From NCBI RefSeq assembly GCF_006345805.1, contig NC_043022.1, positions 11,780,001-11,844,000 on the forward strand: 64,000 nt of DNA. Reading direction: 5' to 3'. The stretch comes from Octopus sinensis. Its lineage: Eukaryota. Both the position numbers and the translations under genes were made by a program. The notes beneath the pieces were generated by a model that was not told where the DNA came from, made no database searches, and saw only the letters and a program-made list of their open reading frames with translations. Position 1 is the first letter of the stretch, and every line of letters begins with the position of its first letter. Positions 14,245 through 26,400 of this stretch are shown here, piece after piece.

Positions 14245-16998
14245 CGTGTGTGTGTGTGTGTGTGCACAGTGGGCTTCCACACAGTTTCTGCCAGTCAAAT
14301 TCAATCACAAGGAATTGGTTGGCTCAGGTTTTATAATAGAAGACACTTGCTCAAAGTGCTGTGCTGTGCGTTGGGATTGAACCTGAAACCATGTAGTTGC
14401 AAGGCAAGCTTTCTAATCGCACAGCCCTCTCACTCTTTTACTTGTTTCAGTCATTTGACTGCAGCCATGCTGGAGCACTGCCTTTAATCGAGCAACTCGA
14501 CCCCGGGACTTATTCTTTTGTAAGCCCAGTACTTATTCTATCGGTCTCTTTTGCCGAACCGCTAAGTAACGGGGACATAAACACACCAGCATCGGTTGTC
14601 AAGCAATGCTAAGGGGACAAACACAGACACACAAACACACACACGCATATATATATACACGCATATATATATATATATATACATATATACGACGGGATTC
14701 TTTCAGTTTCTGTCTACCAAATCCACTCACAAGGCTTTGGTCGGCCCGAGGCTATAGCAGAAGACACTTGCCCAAGGTGCCATGCAGTGGGACTGAACCC
14801 GGAACCATGTGGTTGGTAAACAAGCTACTTACCACACAGCCACTCCTACATATTTATAAAGGGCTTCTTTCAGTTTCCGTCTACCAAATCCACTCACAAG
14901 GCTTTGGTCGGCCCGAGGCTATAGTAGAAGACACTTGCCCAAGGTGCCAAGCAGTGGGACTGAACCCGGAACCATGTGGTTGGTAAACAAGCTACTTACC
15001 ACACAGCCACTCCTACATATATATAAAGGGCTTCTTTCAGTTTCCGTCTACCAAATCCACTCACAAGGCTTTTGTCGGCCCGAGGCTATAGTAGAAGACA
15101 CTTGCCCAAGGTGCCAAGCAGTGAGACTGAACCCGGAACCATGTGGTTGGTAACAAGCTACTTACCACACAGCCACTCCTACATATATATAAGGGCTTCT
15201 TTCAGTTTCCGTCTACCAAATCCACTCACAAGGCTTTGGTCGGTCCGAGGCTATAGTAGAAGACACTTGCCAAGGTGCCAAGCAGTGAGGCTGAACCCGG
15301 AACCATGTGGTTGGTAAACAAGCTACTTACCACACAGCCACTCCTACATATATAAAGGGCTTCTTTCAGTTTCCGTCTACCAAATCCACTCACAAGGCTT
15401 TGGTCGGTCCGAGGCTATAGTAGAAGACACTTGCCCAAGGTGCCAAGCAGTGAGACTGAACCCGGAACCATGTGGTGGTAAACAAGCTACTTACCACACA
15501 ACCACTCCTACATATATATAAAGGGCTTCTTTCAGTTCCGTCTACCAAATCCACTCACAAGGCTTTGGTCGGTCCGAGGCTATAGTAGAAGACACTTGCC
15601 CAAGGTGCCAAGCAGTGAGACTGAACCCGGAACCATGTGGTTGGTAAACAAGCTACTTACCACACAACCACTCCTACATATATATAAAGGGCTTCTTTCA
15701 GTTTCCGTCTACCAAATCCACTCACAAGGCTTTGGTCGGTCCGAGGCTATAGTAGAAGACACTTGCCCAAGGTGCCAAGCAGTGAGACTGAACCCGGAAC
15801 CATGTGGTTGGTAAACAAGCTACTTACCACACAACCACTCCTACATATATATAAAGGGCTTCTTTCAGTTTCCGTCTACCAAATCCACTCACAAGGCTTT
15901 GGTCGGTCCGAGGCTATAGTAGAAGACACTTGCCCAAGGTGCCAAGCAGTGAGGCTGAACCCGGAACCATGTGGTTGGTAAACAAGCTACTTACCACACA
16001 GCCACTCCTACATATATATAAAGGGCTTCTTTCAGTTTCCGTCTACCAAATCCACTCACAAGGCTTTGGTCGGTCCGAGGCTATAGTAGAAGACACTTGC
16101 CCAAGGTGCCAAGCAGTGAGACTGAACCCGGAACCATGTGGTTGGTAAACAAGCTACTTACCACACAACCACTCCTACATATATATAAAGGGCTTCTTTC
16201 AGTTTCCGTCTACCAAATCCACTCACAGGCTTTGGTCGGCCCGAGGCTATAGTAGAAGACACTTGCCCAGGTGTCACGCAGTGGGACTGAACCGGAACCA
16301 TGTGGTTGGTAAACAAGCTACTTACCACACACAGCCACTCCCCTATAATAAAGGGCTTCTTTCAGTTTCCGTCTATACCAAATCCACTCACAAGGCTTTG
16401 GTCGGGCCCGAGCTATAGTAGAAGACACTTGCCCAAGGTGTCACGCAGTGGGACTGAACCCGGAACCATGTGGTGGTAAACAAGCTACTTACCACACAGC
16501 CACCCCTACATATATATAAAGGGCTTCTTTCAGTTTCCGTCTACCAAATCCACTCACAAGGCTTTGGTCGGCCCGAGGCTATAGAAGACACTTGCCCAAG
16601 GTGTCACGCAGTGGGACTGAACCCGGAACCATGTGGTTGGTAAACAAGCTACTTACCACACAACCACTCCTGCACTGTTGATTTTTTTTTTTTTTTTTTT
16701 TAATCAATTAAGAAAATTTATTTTTGCGATACCTGTATGGGGATTGTGTTTTTTTTTTTTTCCGTAGGTTTGCTCCGAGGAACAGATTCAAGACATACTC
16801 GAACGCTACTTGCCCTACAATGCCCATGCTGCCAGTTACACGTGGAAGTACCAGGGCAAAAACTTGGATATGGTGAAAACCCTGGAAGAGAACGGCATCA
16901 AAGACTTTGACGAGGAATTCTACCAACTGAGGATGGACGATAATACGTACCTGCAGACTATACACCTGTATTTCAATGATGACCTCACTGTTGCGTGA
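3989..16998 (+). CDS. CYB5D1: Cytochrome b5 domain-containing protein 1, complete spliced CDS join(3989..4118,5637..5713,12544..12762,16768..16998), 657 nt, 218 aa
   Basis: Manual translation: [36 protein letters not shown]...[21 protein letters not shown]...[25 protein letters not shown]...[23 protein letters not shown]...[10 protein letters not shown]. Matches recalled vertebrate CYB5D1 motifs ([47 protein letters not shown]). All introns are GT-AG and phases are consistent. Confidence 0.95.
5637..5713 (+). CDS. CYB5D1: CYB5D1 coding exon 2
   Basis: Acceptor ctctctttag|; encodes (G)[25 protein letters not shown]; donor |gtgagt. Confidence 0.93.
6343..6741 (+). mobile_element. Non-autonomous Helitron-like element
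   Basis: Canonical A|TC...hairpin...CTAG|T termini, no TSD. Confidence 0.8.
7200..7590 (-). mobile_element. SINE family B copy
   Basis: Matches 2664-3090. Confidence 0.85.
8095..8770 (-). mobile_element. Retroposon family D with (GAT)n tail and internal ~157-bp tandem duplication
   Basis: catcatcgtttaacgtccgttctccatgctagcatggg end; internal units at about 8391, 8548, 8704; related copies at 13690-13985(+), 31240-31470(+), 39655-40105(+), 52685-52870(-), 55140-55480(-). Confidence 0.8.
8817..8948. repeat. Perfect inverted repeat (65-bp arms, 2-nt loop)
   Basis: Position x pairs with 17765-x across 8817-8881 / 8884-8948. Confidence 0.95.
9020..10290. repeat. Long compound (TA)n/(TATAC)-type microsatellite
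   Basis: About 1.27 kb almost entirely TA with scattered C/G. Confidence 0.95.
10300..10660 (+). mobile_element. SINE family C with an inverted copy of its own 3' half nested inside
   Basis: 10461-10571 is the reverse complement of the family tail, flanked by + orientation sequence. Confidence 0.8.
10924..11345 (+). mobile_element. SINE family B copy
   Basis: Full length, + orientation. Confidence 0.85.
11450..11760 (-). mobile_element. RTE-like LINE ORF2 C-terminal remnant
   Basis: ...[16 protein letters not shown]...DAERLAQD resembles the RTE GRPRTRWLD...DR..WR motif. Confidence 0.6.
11790..12165 (+). mobile_element. CR1-like LINE 3' end fragment
   Basis: [30 protein letters not shown]...WNKLPAS...SFK is the typical CR1-clade ORF2 C-terminus; 3' UTR ends in an (ATT)n tail. 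Confidence 0.85.
12310..12480 (+). mobile_element. Penelope-like terminal motif
   Basis: CCTGATGAAGGC...GCCGAAACGTTG; similar motifs at about 6835 and 61151. Confidence 0.45.
12544..12762 (+). CDS. CYB5D1: CYB5D1 coding exon 3
   Basis: Acceptor ccctttcag|; 73 codons [11 protein letters not shown]...TSQEQIIE; donor |gtaagt. Confidence 0.95.
12800..13680 (-). mobile_element. Cluster of nested/tandem SINE family C copies
   Basis: At least three aaggcaaagtcgacctcggc-type cores on the - strand. Confidence 0.8.
13690..13985 (+). mobile_element. Retroposon family D copy
   Basis: Ends acggacgttaaacgatgatgatg. Confidence 0.8.
14430..16675 (-). repeat. SINE family B full copy plus 11 extra tandem copies of its ~166-bp 5' head
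   Basis: Units (gggcttctttcag...) start at 14861, 15028, 15193, 15357, 15523, 15689, 15856, 16023, 16190, 16353, 16521. Confidence 0.92.
16768..16998 (+). CDS. CYB5D1: CYB5D1 coding exon 4 (terminal; ubiquitin-like C-terminal domain)
   Basis: Acceptor poly-T tccgtag|; [28 protein letters not shown]...DDLTVA-TGA. Confidence 0.95.
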   Translation, partial: VCSEEQIQDILERYLPYNAHAASYTWKYQGKNLDMVKTLEENGIKDFDEEFYQLRMDDNTYLQTIHLYFNDDLTVA

Positions 16999-17099
16999 CC
17001 TCTCACGACCACCACCTCCTACACCGCCCCTCCATTTTACAAACTATTTAGTTAAATATGACTCCTACCCTCACTCCTGCCACCACACCTCTGCCCCTC

Positions 17100-18020
17100 T
17101 TCTATTCTAAGGATGACTTCTCTCTCACTACCATCACCTCTTCCTCCCCCTCTTCTATTCTAAGAATGACTTCTCTCTCACTACTATCACCTCTTCCTTC
17201 CCCTCTCTTCTATTCTAAGGATGACTTCTCTCTCACTATCATCACCTCTTCCTTCCCCTCTCTTCTATTCTAAGGATGACTTCTCTCTCACTATCATCAC
17301 CTCTTCCTCCCCCTCTCCTCTATTCTAAGGCTAACTTCTCTCTCACTATCATCACCTCTTATTCCCCCTCTCTTCTATTCTAAGGATGACTTCTCTCTCA
17401 CTACTATCACCTCTTCCTTCCCCTCTACTCTATTCTAAGGATAACTTCTCTCTCACTATCGTCACCTCTTCCTCCCCCCTCTTCTATTCTAAAGATGACT
17501 TCTCTCTCACTACTATCACCTCTTCCTTCCCCTCTCCTCTATTTTAAAGATAACTTCTCTCTCACTATCATCACCTCTTCCTCCCCCTCTCTTCTATTCT
17601 AAGGATGACTTCTCTCTCACTACTATCACCTCTTCCTTCCTCTCTACTCTATTCTAAGGATAACTTCTCTCTCACTATCATCACCTCTTCCTCCCCCTCT
17701 CTTCTATTCTAAAGATGACTTCTCTCACTACTATCACCTCTTCCTTCCCCTCTCCTCTATTTTAAGGATATCTTCTCTCTCACTATCATCACCTCTTCCT
17801 CCCCCTCTCTTCTATTCTAAGGATGACTTCTCTCTCACTACTATCACCTCTTCCTTCCCCTCTACTCTATTCTAAGGATAACTTCTCTCTCACTATCATC
17901 ACCTCTTCCTCCCCCTCTCTTCTATTCTAAGGATGACTTCTCTCTCACTACTATCACCTCTTCCTTCCCCTCTCCTCTATTTTAAGGATAACTTCTCTCT
18001 CACTATCATCACCTCTTCCT
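17100..18020. repeat. ~55-bp minisatellite, about 17 copies, just 3' of the CYB5D1 stop
   Basis: ctattctaag at 17102, 17155, 17210, 17265, 17320, 17375 and onward. Confidence 0.93.
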
Positions 18021-18975
18021 CCTCCCCTCCAACAATCTTCCTCCTCCTCCTCCCCTCCAACAATCATCTCCTACCTTTTACACTCTACACATCTTTAGTT
18101 CAAGGAAGACTTCTTTACAGCAACTACAAGTGCCTAAACACCTTCCCTTTTATAAGAAGTATGCACACACACACATACAACACCAACAACAACAATAGTA
18201 ACAAACAGTGAGACTGAGTGCTCAAAACCACATTTGGTGGCTAAAAATATTCTTCATTAACAATGCTATCAACAGTTTCATTCGTACGTGAAACAATTGA
18301 AAATTGCAGAATTCTTCTGCATGAAACCATTGGTAGCATTGTAAATCAACAAATAAAGAATACATACATACATACATGCTTTAATTTCAACATTGATCTC
18401 TCTCCCCACCACCACCACCATCATCATGAACATCACCAAAGAAGCTTCTCAAGCTAGAAATAGCAACCAAACCTTCTTCAAATTACACCTGACCATCTTT
18501 AAACAGGAAGGATACATAATATAGCGTATCTAGAATTGCAATATCTTCTAACTCTGAAATTAAAACATGGATGGTCATTTTACTCCCACCACCATCTGTT
18601 TCTTCCTCTTCCTCCTCCTACTCACAGTTATTCTCTTCAGGATGTTCAACAAGAAATAAAGCAAAGTTGTTCAAATTGATTTCTTGTTTTATCCTCTGTG
18701 TGTGTGTGTGTGTGTTTGTGTTTATGAGTGGGAGAGTGAATGTATGTCTGTCTGTGTGTACGTATATTGTTTAACCCCACCCAACTCAGTCGTGATACAG
18801 TAGTTACAGATCAAAGACAATTGTAACCATGGCCCCCCTGCCTTTTCAGAAATTGGAAAGCTTCCAAAGGATGCTCACACACACATCTTCAGCAAACTCT
18901 TTTGCTGAACCGCTAAGTTACGGGGACACAAACACACCAACATCAGTTGTCAAGCGATGTTGGGGGGACAAACAG

Positions 18976-19010
<35 letters not shown>

Positions 19011-19140
19011 CACACACATATATACAACGGGCTTCTTTCAGTTTCCGTCTACCAAATCCACTCACAAAGCTTATCATATACAGGTAGTGGCTGAAATACC
19101 CTTATGTAATACATTTATACCTTTATGTAATACAGGCTGT

Positions 19141-19470
19141 TTCCGAAAGTCATGGGAGCTGTGCTGTTTTCTGACTTTGTAAACATGTCCACGGGTGTTA
19201 GACAGGTGGAGTTTGAAAAGGTGCTCAGAGTTATTGTTAGTAAGATGGTTGATAATTTTATGGGTGTCTGCCAAGTCAGCTGCCAGACGTCGGAGTTTCA
19301 ATGTATCCATGCGCAGGGAAGTAAGGCGTTCAGAATATGGCAAATGCCTGATGGAGGGTATTCTTTTGGTTGCACGTCGCTGAACGGCTTCCAGACGATT
19401 AATATCCTGGGCAAGATAGGGGTTCCAGACTGGTGACGCAAATTCCAGGTGAGGCCACACCATATCTATA
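19141..19470 (-). mobile_element. CR1-like LINE ORF2 fragment
   Basis: PHLEFASPVWNPYLAQDINRLEAVQRRATKRI...YSERL...LRRLAADL. Confidence 0.9.
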
Positions 19471-21149
19471 TAAAGCCTCAGACCAAATTCATTCAAGGCT
19501 TTGGTTAGTTCTGGTTTATAGCAGAAGATACTTGCTCAAAGTAACATGCAGTGAGATTGAACCTGAAACAATGTCGTTCAGAAGCAAACTTCTTAATCAC
19601 ATGACATTTCTTTATTCTCTATACTGGAAAGATCTGAGATTGTTTGGTAAGAGACAATGTGTAAGTCATGGCATTCATGCCAAGCACTTTGTACCACGCC
19701 TCAAGCACCACCTGCTAGGTTAGAGGGGGCATTATATATATTGCATACAATTACACACATACATACACTCACATATACACATGGACACATATGGAGAAAA
19801 GAAACAAGATTGTGTGATATTCATGCATTTCCCAAATGATAACAGCAACAATGTATAATTAATAATATGGTTTATTATATTAATATATGATAATTATAGA
19901 AATAATAATAATAATAATAATAATTTCTGTTATTGTCAATATGTGTGTGTGAGAGATTCATAGGATGTTGTAAATTAAGATTCATGCTTTTTCTTTTTCT
20001 TTTTCTTTTTTTTTCTTTTAAAAAACAAAGAACATTACAGATGTCAGATGGAAGTGAAGCGGTTCCAATTAAGAATTGAACCCAAATCTCAAAATTCAGA
20101 TTTGCCAAGCACTCACCACCTCCACACCACAGGGACTGCCCCCCAACAACAACAACATCTAATTTAGGCACAGGACCAGCAATTTTAAGGGAGGTGGGGA
20201 ATAAGTTAATACAATCAACTCCAGTACTTGACTGGTCCTTTTTTTTTATATCAACCATAAGAGGATAAAAGGTCAAGTTGACTTGAGTGGAATTTGAACT
20301 CAGAGCATAAAGAACCAAGAGAAATACCAAAAGTCATTTTTTTCCAATGCTGTGTCAGTTCTTCCAACTTGCTGCCAAAATAATAATGATTTCGAATTTA
20401 AATAAAAGGGCAGCAATTTTGACGGGAGGGAGTAATCAATACTATTGATCACATTTATTGATTGGTACATTATTTTTTCTCAACCTCAGAATGTAAAAAT
20501 GAGCCAGAATACCACAAGGCATTTTTTTTTTGCTTTTCTGTTTTTTCAATGCTCTAAAAATTCTTCCAGCTCAATGCCTTCATAACGATGTCAAAAGCTT
20601 CTCTACACCTGTTTCAATAGTGGTTATTGTAGTTAATGTTTTAGATAAACACTACTATACTAAAACAAGGATCAGTTAAACATTATGACTAAAACAGGCA
20701 CCAGATCATCACAAATTTGGGGGTTGGTTGGGGAGAAGGGTAATGTCAACTATTATCAACTGCTCCCACCAGAAAGATGAAAGGCAAGGTTGACTTTGGT
20801 GGGGTTTGAACTCAGAATGTAAAAGGATGCAATGAAATACTGCAAGGAATTTTGTCAGATTATCTAATTAATTACCACAGTTTTATATAAAGCCAAAACA
20901 CTTCTGTCTCTGTCGATGTCTCTAAACAAATTCTGGGTGATTGACAAGAACCAACAGACATTACAGAAATTATGGAAAATATGCGACAATAATTTATGTG
21001 TGCTCCAGTATGGTCACAGCCTTTCATCTGGAACACATAAAGGAAATGTGTGTCTGTGTGTATGCATTAAACTAGAGAGATTCTTTGACTTGGTTCCAAA
21101 AATTTACCAGAAAGTGTTGAGACAAACAAACAGACACACAGAATGATTA

Positions 21150-21800
21150 ACAAACAGAGAGAAAAAGATAGATGGACAGACAGACCAACAGATCAATAGG
21201 TAGACACACAGACAGAAAGAGAGATAGACTGACTGACTGACTGACTGACAGATAGATAGACAGGCAGACAGACAGATAGATAGACAGGCAGACAGATAGA
21301 TAGACAGGCAGATAGATAGATAGGTAGATAGATGGATAGACACGGGTAGATAGACAGACATAGATAGACAGACAGACAGACATAGATAGATAGACAAATA
21401 GACAGATAGATAGACAGACAGACAGACAGGTAGATAGATGGATAGACATGGGTAGATAAACAGACATAGATAGACAGACATAGATAGACAGACAGACAGA
21501 CAGACAGATAGACAGACAGACAGATAGATAGACAGACAGACAGATAGATAGATAGACAGACAGACAGACAGGTAGATAGATAGATAGGTAGGTAGATAGA
21601 TGGATAGACATGGGTAGATAAACAGACATAGATAGACAGATAGATAGATAGATAGACAGACAGACAAATAGACAGATAGATAGATAGACAGACAGGTAGA
21701 TAGACAGGTAGATAGATAGATAGATAGATAGATATACAGAACAGATATAGAGATAGACAGATAGCTACACAGACAAATAGACAGAGAGATAGACTTAATA
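21150..21800. repeat. Compound (GATA)/(GACA) microsatellite
   Basis: Direct reading; source of the SVCLSIYL ORFs. Confidence 0.95.
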
Positions 21801-22303
21801 AATAGTCAGAATGATAGAGACAAACAGGCAGGCAGCTAGGAAGAGAGATTAATAGATAGAGAGGCTGGTAGACAAAGATGTAGATATTCACAGAGATGGA
21901 TACTTAATCGTTAGAAGTATCTTTTAACTTTTACTTGTTTCAGTCATTTGACTACAGCCATGCTGGAGCACTGCCTTGACGGTATGTAGAAGGAAAAATA
22001 GATAAACACACACATACACAGATATTTGATGGGCATCAGCAGGTTTGGTATTTGGGTAACAAAAAATTAAAAAATCTAGAAAAACAAGACAAAAAAAATG
22101 TTTCAATGTATGTGTGGAGTGGGCAGGGTTGGATACTGAGACGTCAGAGGAAAGTATGAACTGTGTGCATAATAGAGATGAACAATCTGTATAGCAGTAA
22201 ATATATACTTATATATACATATATATACATATATACATATATATTATATATATAGATTTAGATGAGGCACCAGAATTTAGGCACCAGAATTATCCATACA
22301 ATT

Positions 22304-22712
22304 TCAAAATAAGCAACAAAGATATCCAGATGTTTCATGCAACAATACAATCATTTCATTACATAAATTTAAAATGTAGAGCAATCTTCAGCTGCACAAA
22401 AAACATAGAATTTAATTAAATTAGAACAGATGGACACATTAGTATAATTTTACCTAAAATCTCCAAGAGGATAAGGAGATAGACAAAGAACATCTTTTAC
22501 CAACAACGTCATAGTCTCCTTATCCTCTTGAAGATTTTAGGTAAAATTATACTAATGTGTCCATCTGTTCTAATTTAATTAAATTCTATGTTTTTTGTGC
22601 AGCTGAAGATTGCTCTTTTAAATTGATGTAATGATTGCATTGTTCAATTAAATGGAGTCACATGAAACGATCGTACTGCATTACCTCTGGATATCCTTGT
22701 TGCTTATTTTGA
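22304..22712. repeat. Fold-back (MITE-like) inverted repeat
   Basis: Inner arms 22378-22479 / 22515-22616 are near-perfect; outer ends TCAAAATAAGCAACAA / TTGTTGCTTATTTTGA. Confidence 0.9.
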
Positions 22713-22758
22713 TTATATATATATATCAGACAGGAGTATATGAATCTGACAAACAGGA

Positions 22759-22792
<34 letters not shown>

Positions 22793-22880
22793 ATTAAGGT
22801 TTGTTTTTATATTGAGTTATAATAAAAACAATTAGACATCATACTGAAGAATTACTCAATACTTTTTGGAAGAGTACATA

Positions 22881-22886
22881 TTTATT
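22881..22886 (-). promoter_or_regulatory. Candidate polyadenylation signal of LPP-like gene
   Basis: AATAAA on the - strand (tttatt on +), about 385 nt after the stop codon; position only, no transcript evidence. Confidence 0.35.
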
Positions 22887-23269
22887 ATCCTTTCACAAGA
22901 GAAGTGACAGTGACCTTGAAGTTTTGGTCTGGCAGCCAAAGGCTAGTAGACTGAAATTTCAAAGTCAAATGAAGCGTTGCAGGTCAAAACTTTGAAGTCA
23001 GCCATCCGTCTTCTTGTATAAGTATAATAAATAATAAATATATATATATTAGATTGGAGTATATGAATGAATCTGTCAAATAGGAGAATGTGTATGTGTG
23101 CCTATATATATATATATATATATATTCACACACACATATATATGTGTAGCTGTGTGAGACAGGAGTATTATATGAATCTGTGAGAACAGGAACATGTAGC
23201 TCTGTCAAGAGAGAGAAAAGCCAGGGTCTCTGACCCAAGAGCATGTCATAATATTCCCCCTGCTGACGT

Positions 23270-23401
23270 TTACAGTTCTGTAGTCATTTTGGTGGTGAGT
23301 GCCTGAATACGCTTCGCATTGCAGATTTTACAGAGTATGTGGTCATCGAGAGGGTAGCATCCTCGTCCTTCAGCTTCTGATGATAACAGCATACCACAAT
23401 C
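23270..23401 (-). CDS. LPP: LPP-like terminal exon: end of LIM3 and PDZ-binding tail
   Basis: Acceptor tcgtcgtttcaag|; [46 protein letters not shown]. Confidence 0.95.
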   Translation of the reverse strand, partial: DCGMLLSSEAEGRGCYPLDDHILCKICNAKRIQALTTKMTTEL

Positions 23402-26400
23402 CTTGAAACGACGAAGAAAAAAAAAAAAAAAGAGACAAAAAATAGATTAATATTTTTGATTAGGTTTAAATATTTTTAATTTATTTTAATTTTAATTAAA
23501 GACTTGTTGATTAATTTCTCTAAATCACTGTATTTTATTACTGTCATACACCCAAAACACTTAAATATTTTCTAGGTCCCTATCAACTCTTATACCCTTA
23601 TCATATACAGGTAGTGGCTGAAATACCCTTATGTAATACAGGTAGAGACTGTAATACATTTATACGCTTATGTAATACAGGTTGTGACAGCAATACCCTT
23701 ATCATATACAGGTAGTGGCTGAAATACCCTTATGTAATACAGGTAGAGACTGTAATACATTTATACGCTTATGTAATACAGGTTGTGACAGCAATACCCT
23801 TATCATATACAGGTAGTGGCTGAAATACCCTTATGTAATACAGGTAGAGACTGTAGTACATTTATACGCTTATATAATACAGGTTGTGACAGCAATACCC
23901 TTATCATCTACAGGTAGTGGTTGAAATACCCTTATGTAATACAGGTAGAGACTGTAATACATTTATACGCTTATGTAATACAGGTTGTGACAGCAATACC
24001 CTTATCATATACAGGTAGTGGCTGAAATACCCTTATGTAATACAGGTAGAGACTGTAATACATTTATACGCTTATGTAATACAGGTTGTGACAGCAATAC
24101 CCTTATCATATACAGGTAGTGGCTGAAATACCCTTATGTAATACATTTATACCTTTATGTAATACAGGCTGTGGTTGTAATACCCTTATGTAATACTGGT
24201 AGTGGCTATAATACCCTCATACTCTTATGTAATACAGATCATGGTCACTTACTTTTATCCTTGAGCTGTGACTCCTCAACATTAAAGTGACCTAAGACCT
24301 TTTGTAGGGTTTCCATTATGAATCTCTCTCACTCAATGTTAAACCAAATGGCACATTAGGTCAATGACACAAGAATAGGTAACCATACTTTCTGAATGGC
24401 TTTCCTTGCAGATTTGGTCCCCTTAATGTCACTGACAAAGGCATTGACCCTATGGTAGAAAACACTCGCCCTAGATTCTGTGTGGGGCAGATCAAACTCA
24501 AAACCTTGAGGTTGTAAGGTAAACTTGTTTGCCACATATCCATGCTTAACACCCACCACCCAACATAAGAGGTGGGAAAAATAATTATAAATAATAACAG
24601 ACTCTCTTATCGCTTCAATGAATGTGAGTTTGGAAGGGGACATAGAAAAACGACCATCTATTTCTTTACTACCCACAAGGGGATAAACACAGAGGGGACA
24701 AACAAGGACAGACAAACAGATTAAGTCGATTATATCGACCCCAGTGTGTAACTGGTACTCATTTAATCGACCCCAAAAGGATGAAAGGCAAAGTCGACCT
24801 TGGTGGAATTCGAACTCAGAACATAACGGCAGACGAAATACCAGTAAGCATTTCACCCGGCGTGCTAACGATCTTGCCAGCTCACCGCCCTGCAGTTACC
24901 TATGTGCAGGCTCACTACCTGTCCCCATCATCTCTTTGTGTATTACCACTAGGTTTTTGAAGTGCAATGATGTCTTAGTGCTGGTGTCTTGCTTTTCTGA
25001 ACAACCTGTTCAATGAATATTGCTTCTGAGGGTATCATTTGTGCAGAGTTAGTCTCACTCCCTTGGCTTTCAAAACTGTGTTGGTCTGGTGCATCAAGTG
25101 CCATGATCCCAGTAGTTATCAAGGTGTAGGATTTGTATGGAGTTACCTTCTCTAAGTGAAGGCGCATGGCTCAGTGGTTAGAGCGTCGAGCTTACGGTCG
25201 TGAGGTTGTGAGTTTGAATCCCGGACTGGGCTGCGTGTTGTGTTCTTGAGCAAGACACTTTATTTCACATTGCTTAGTTTCACTAAGTTGTAGAAATGAG
25301 TTGCAACATCACAGGTGCCAAGCTGTATCAGCCCCTTTGCCTTTCCCTTGGATAACATCAATGGTGTTGAGAGAGGCCGGTATGCATGGGCATCTGTTGA
25401 TCTTCCATAAACAACCCTGCCCGGACTTGTGCCTGGGAGGGTAACTTCCTAGGTGCAATCCCACGGTCAGTCATGACCGAAGGGAGTCTCAACCTTCCCT
25501 TAGATGAGCAGCTAAAGAGCTGAAGGGTATCATCTGCCCTGGGACCAATAAGAGTGTTTAAGTGACCTTCTTTTGGAAGCAATTCCATGACATGCTAATT
25601 AAAACACAGCTGCCATAACAGGTGATACTTACTACTCTGCGTTAGAGTAGACCAGGAAACAACAAAGGGTTAGAGATAGTTCCACACATCCTGCAATTCC
25701 CAAACTAGGGTACTGCTACCAGATGCAGTTTAAAATCATACCCAGGACAAAATAATAATTTGGTTGGACTTCAGTATTTTGGCAAGAGGTCACAAAGAGG
25801 AGAATGAAATGTTATGGAAACTTACCTCACAGCAGTAGCAGTGCACATGGAAGCTTCTGTCCATAGCTACCACACGCACTGTCTCCTCCTTGCCAGGGTC
25901 GGGCATAATCGGCAGTTGACACACACAACAGCGAGGGGCAAATTTTCTGTTGAAAATATAACGACAATAATTATTATATTAGGAGATGAATGTGTGTATG
26001 TGTGAGTGAGTGTGTGTGTGAGTGTGTGTGTGTGAGTGAGTGTGTGTGAGTGTGTTAGTGTGTGAGTGTGAGTGTGTGAGCGTGTGAGTGTGTGTGTGAG
26101 TGTGAGCGTGTGTGTGTGAGTGAGTGTGAGTGTGAGTGTGTGTGTGTGTGTGAGTGTGTATGTGTGAGTGTGTGTGTGTGAGTGTGTATGTGTATGAGTG
26201 TGTATGTGTGAGTGTGTGTGTGTGCGTGAGTGTGTGTGAGTGTGTGTGAGTGTGTGTGTGTGCGTGAGTGTGTGTGCGTGAGTGTGTGTGTGTGCGTGAG
26301 TGTGTGTGAGTGTGTGTGTGTGTGTATGTGTGCGTGAGTGTGTGTGTGTGTGTGTGAGAAAGAAAGAGAGAGAGAGGAAGAGTAGAAGATAAAGCTGTGA

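Noticed and set aside
14606-16148. Repeated 72-aa ORFs (MPKVPSS...) and a superficially CRISPR-like periodic array
   Set aside because: Units are near-identical SINE heads with no unique spacers; eukaryotic context, no cas genes.
21104-21891. SVCLSIYL-repeat ORFs
   Set aside because: GATA/GACA microsatellite.
25162-25235. tRNA-like sequences at SINE heads (also 17-90, 56697-56770)
   Set aside because: They continue directly into SINE bodies and lack a proper acceptor stem; not functional tRNA genes.
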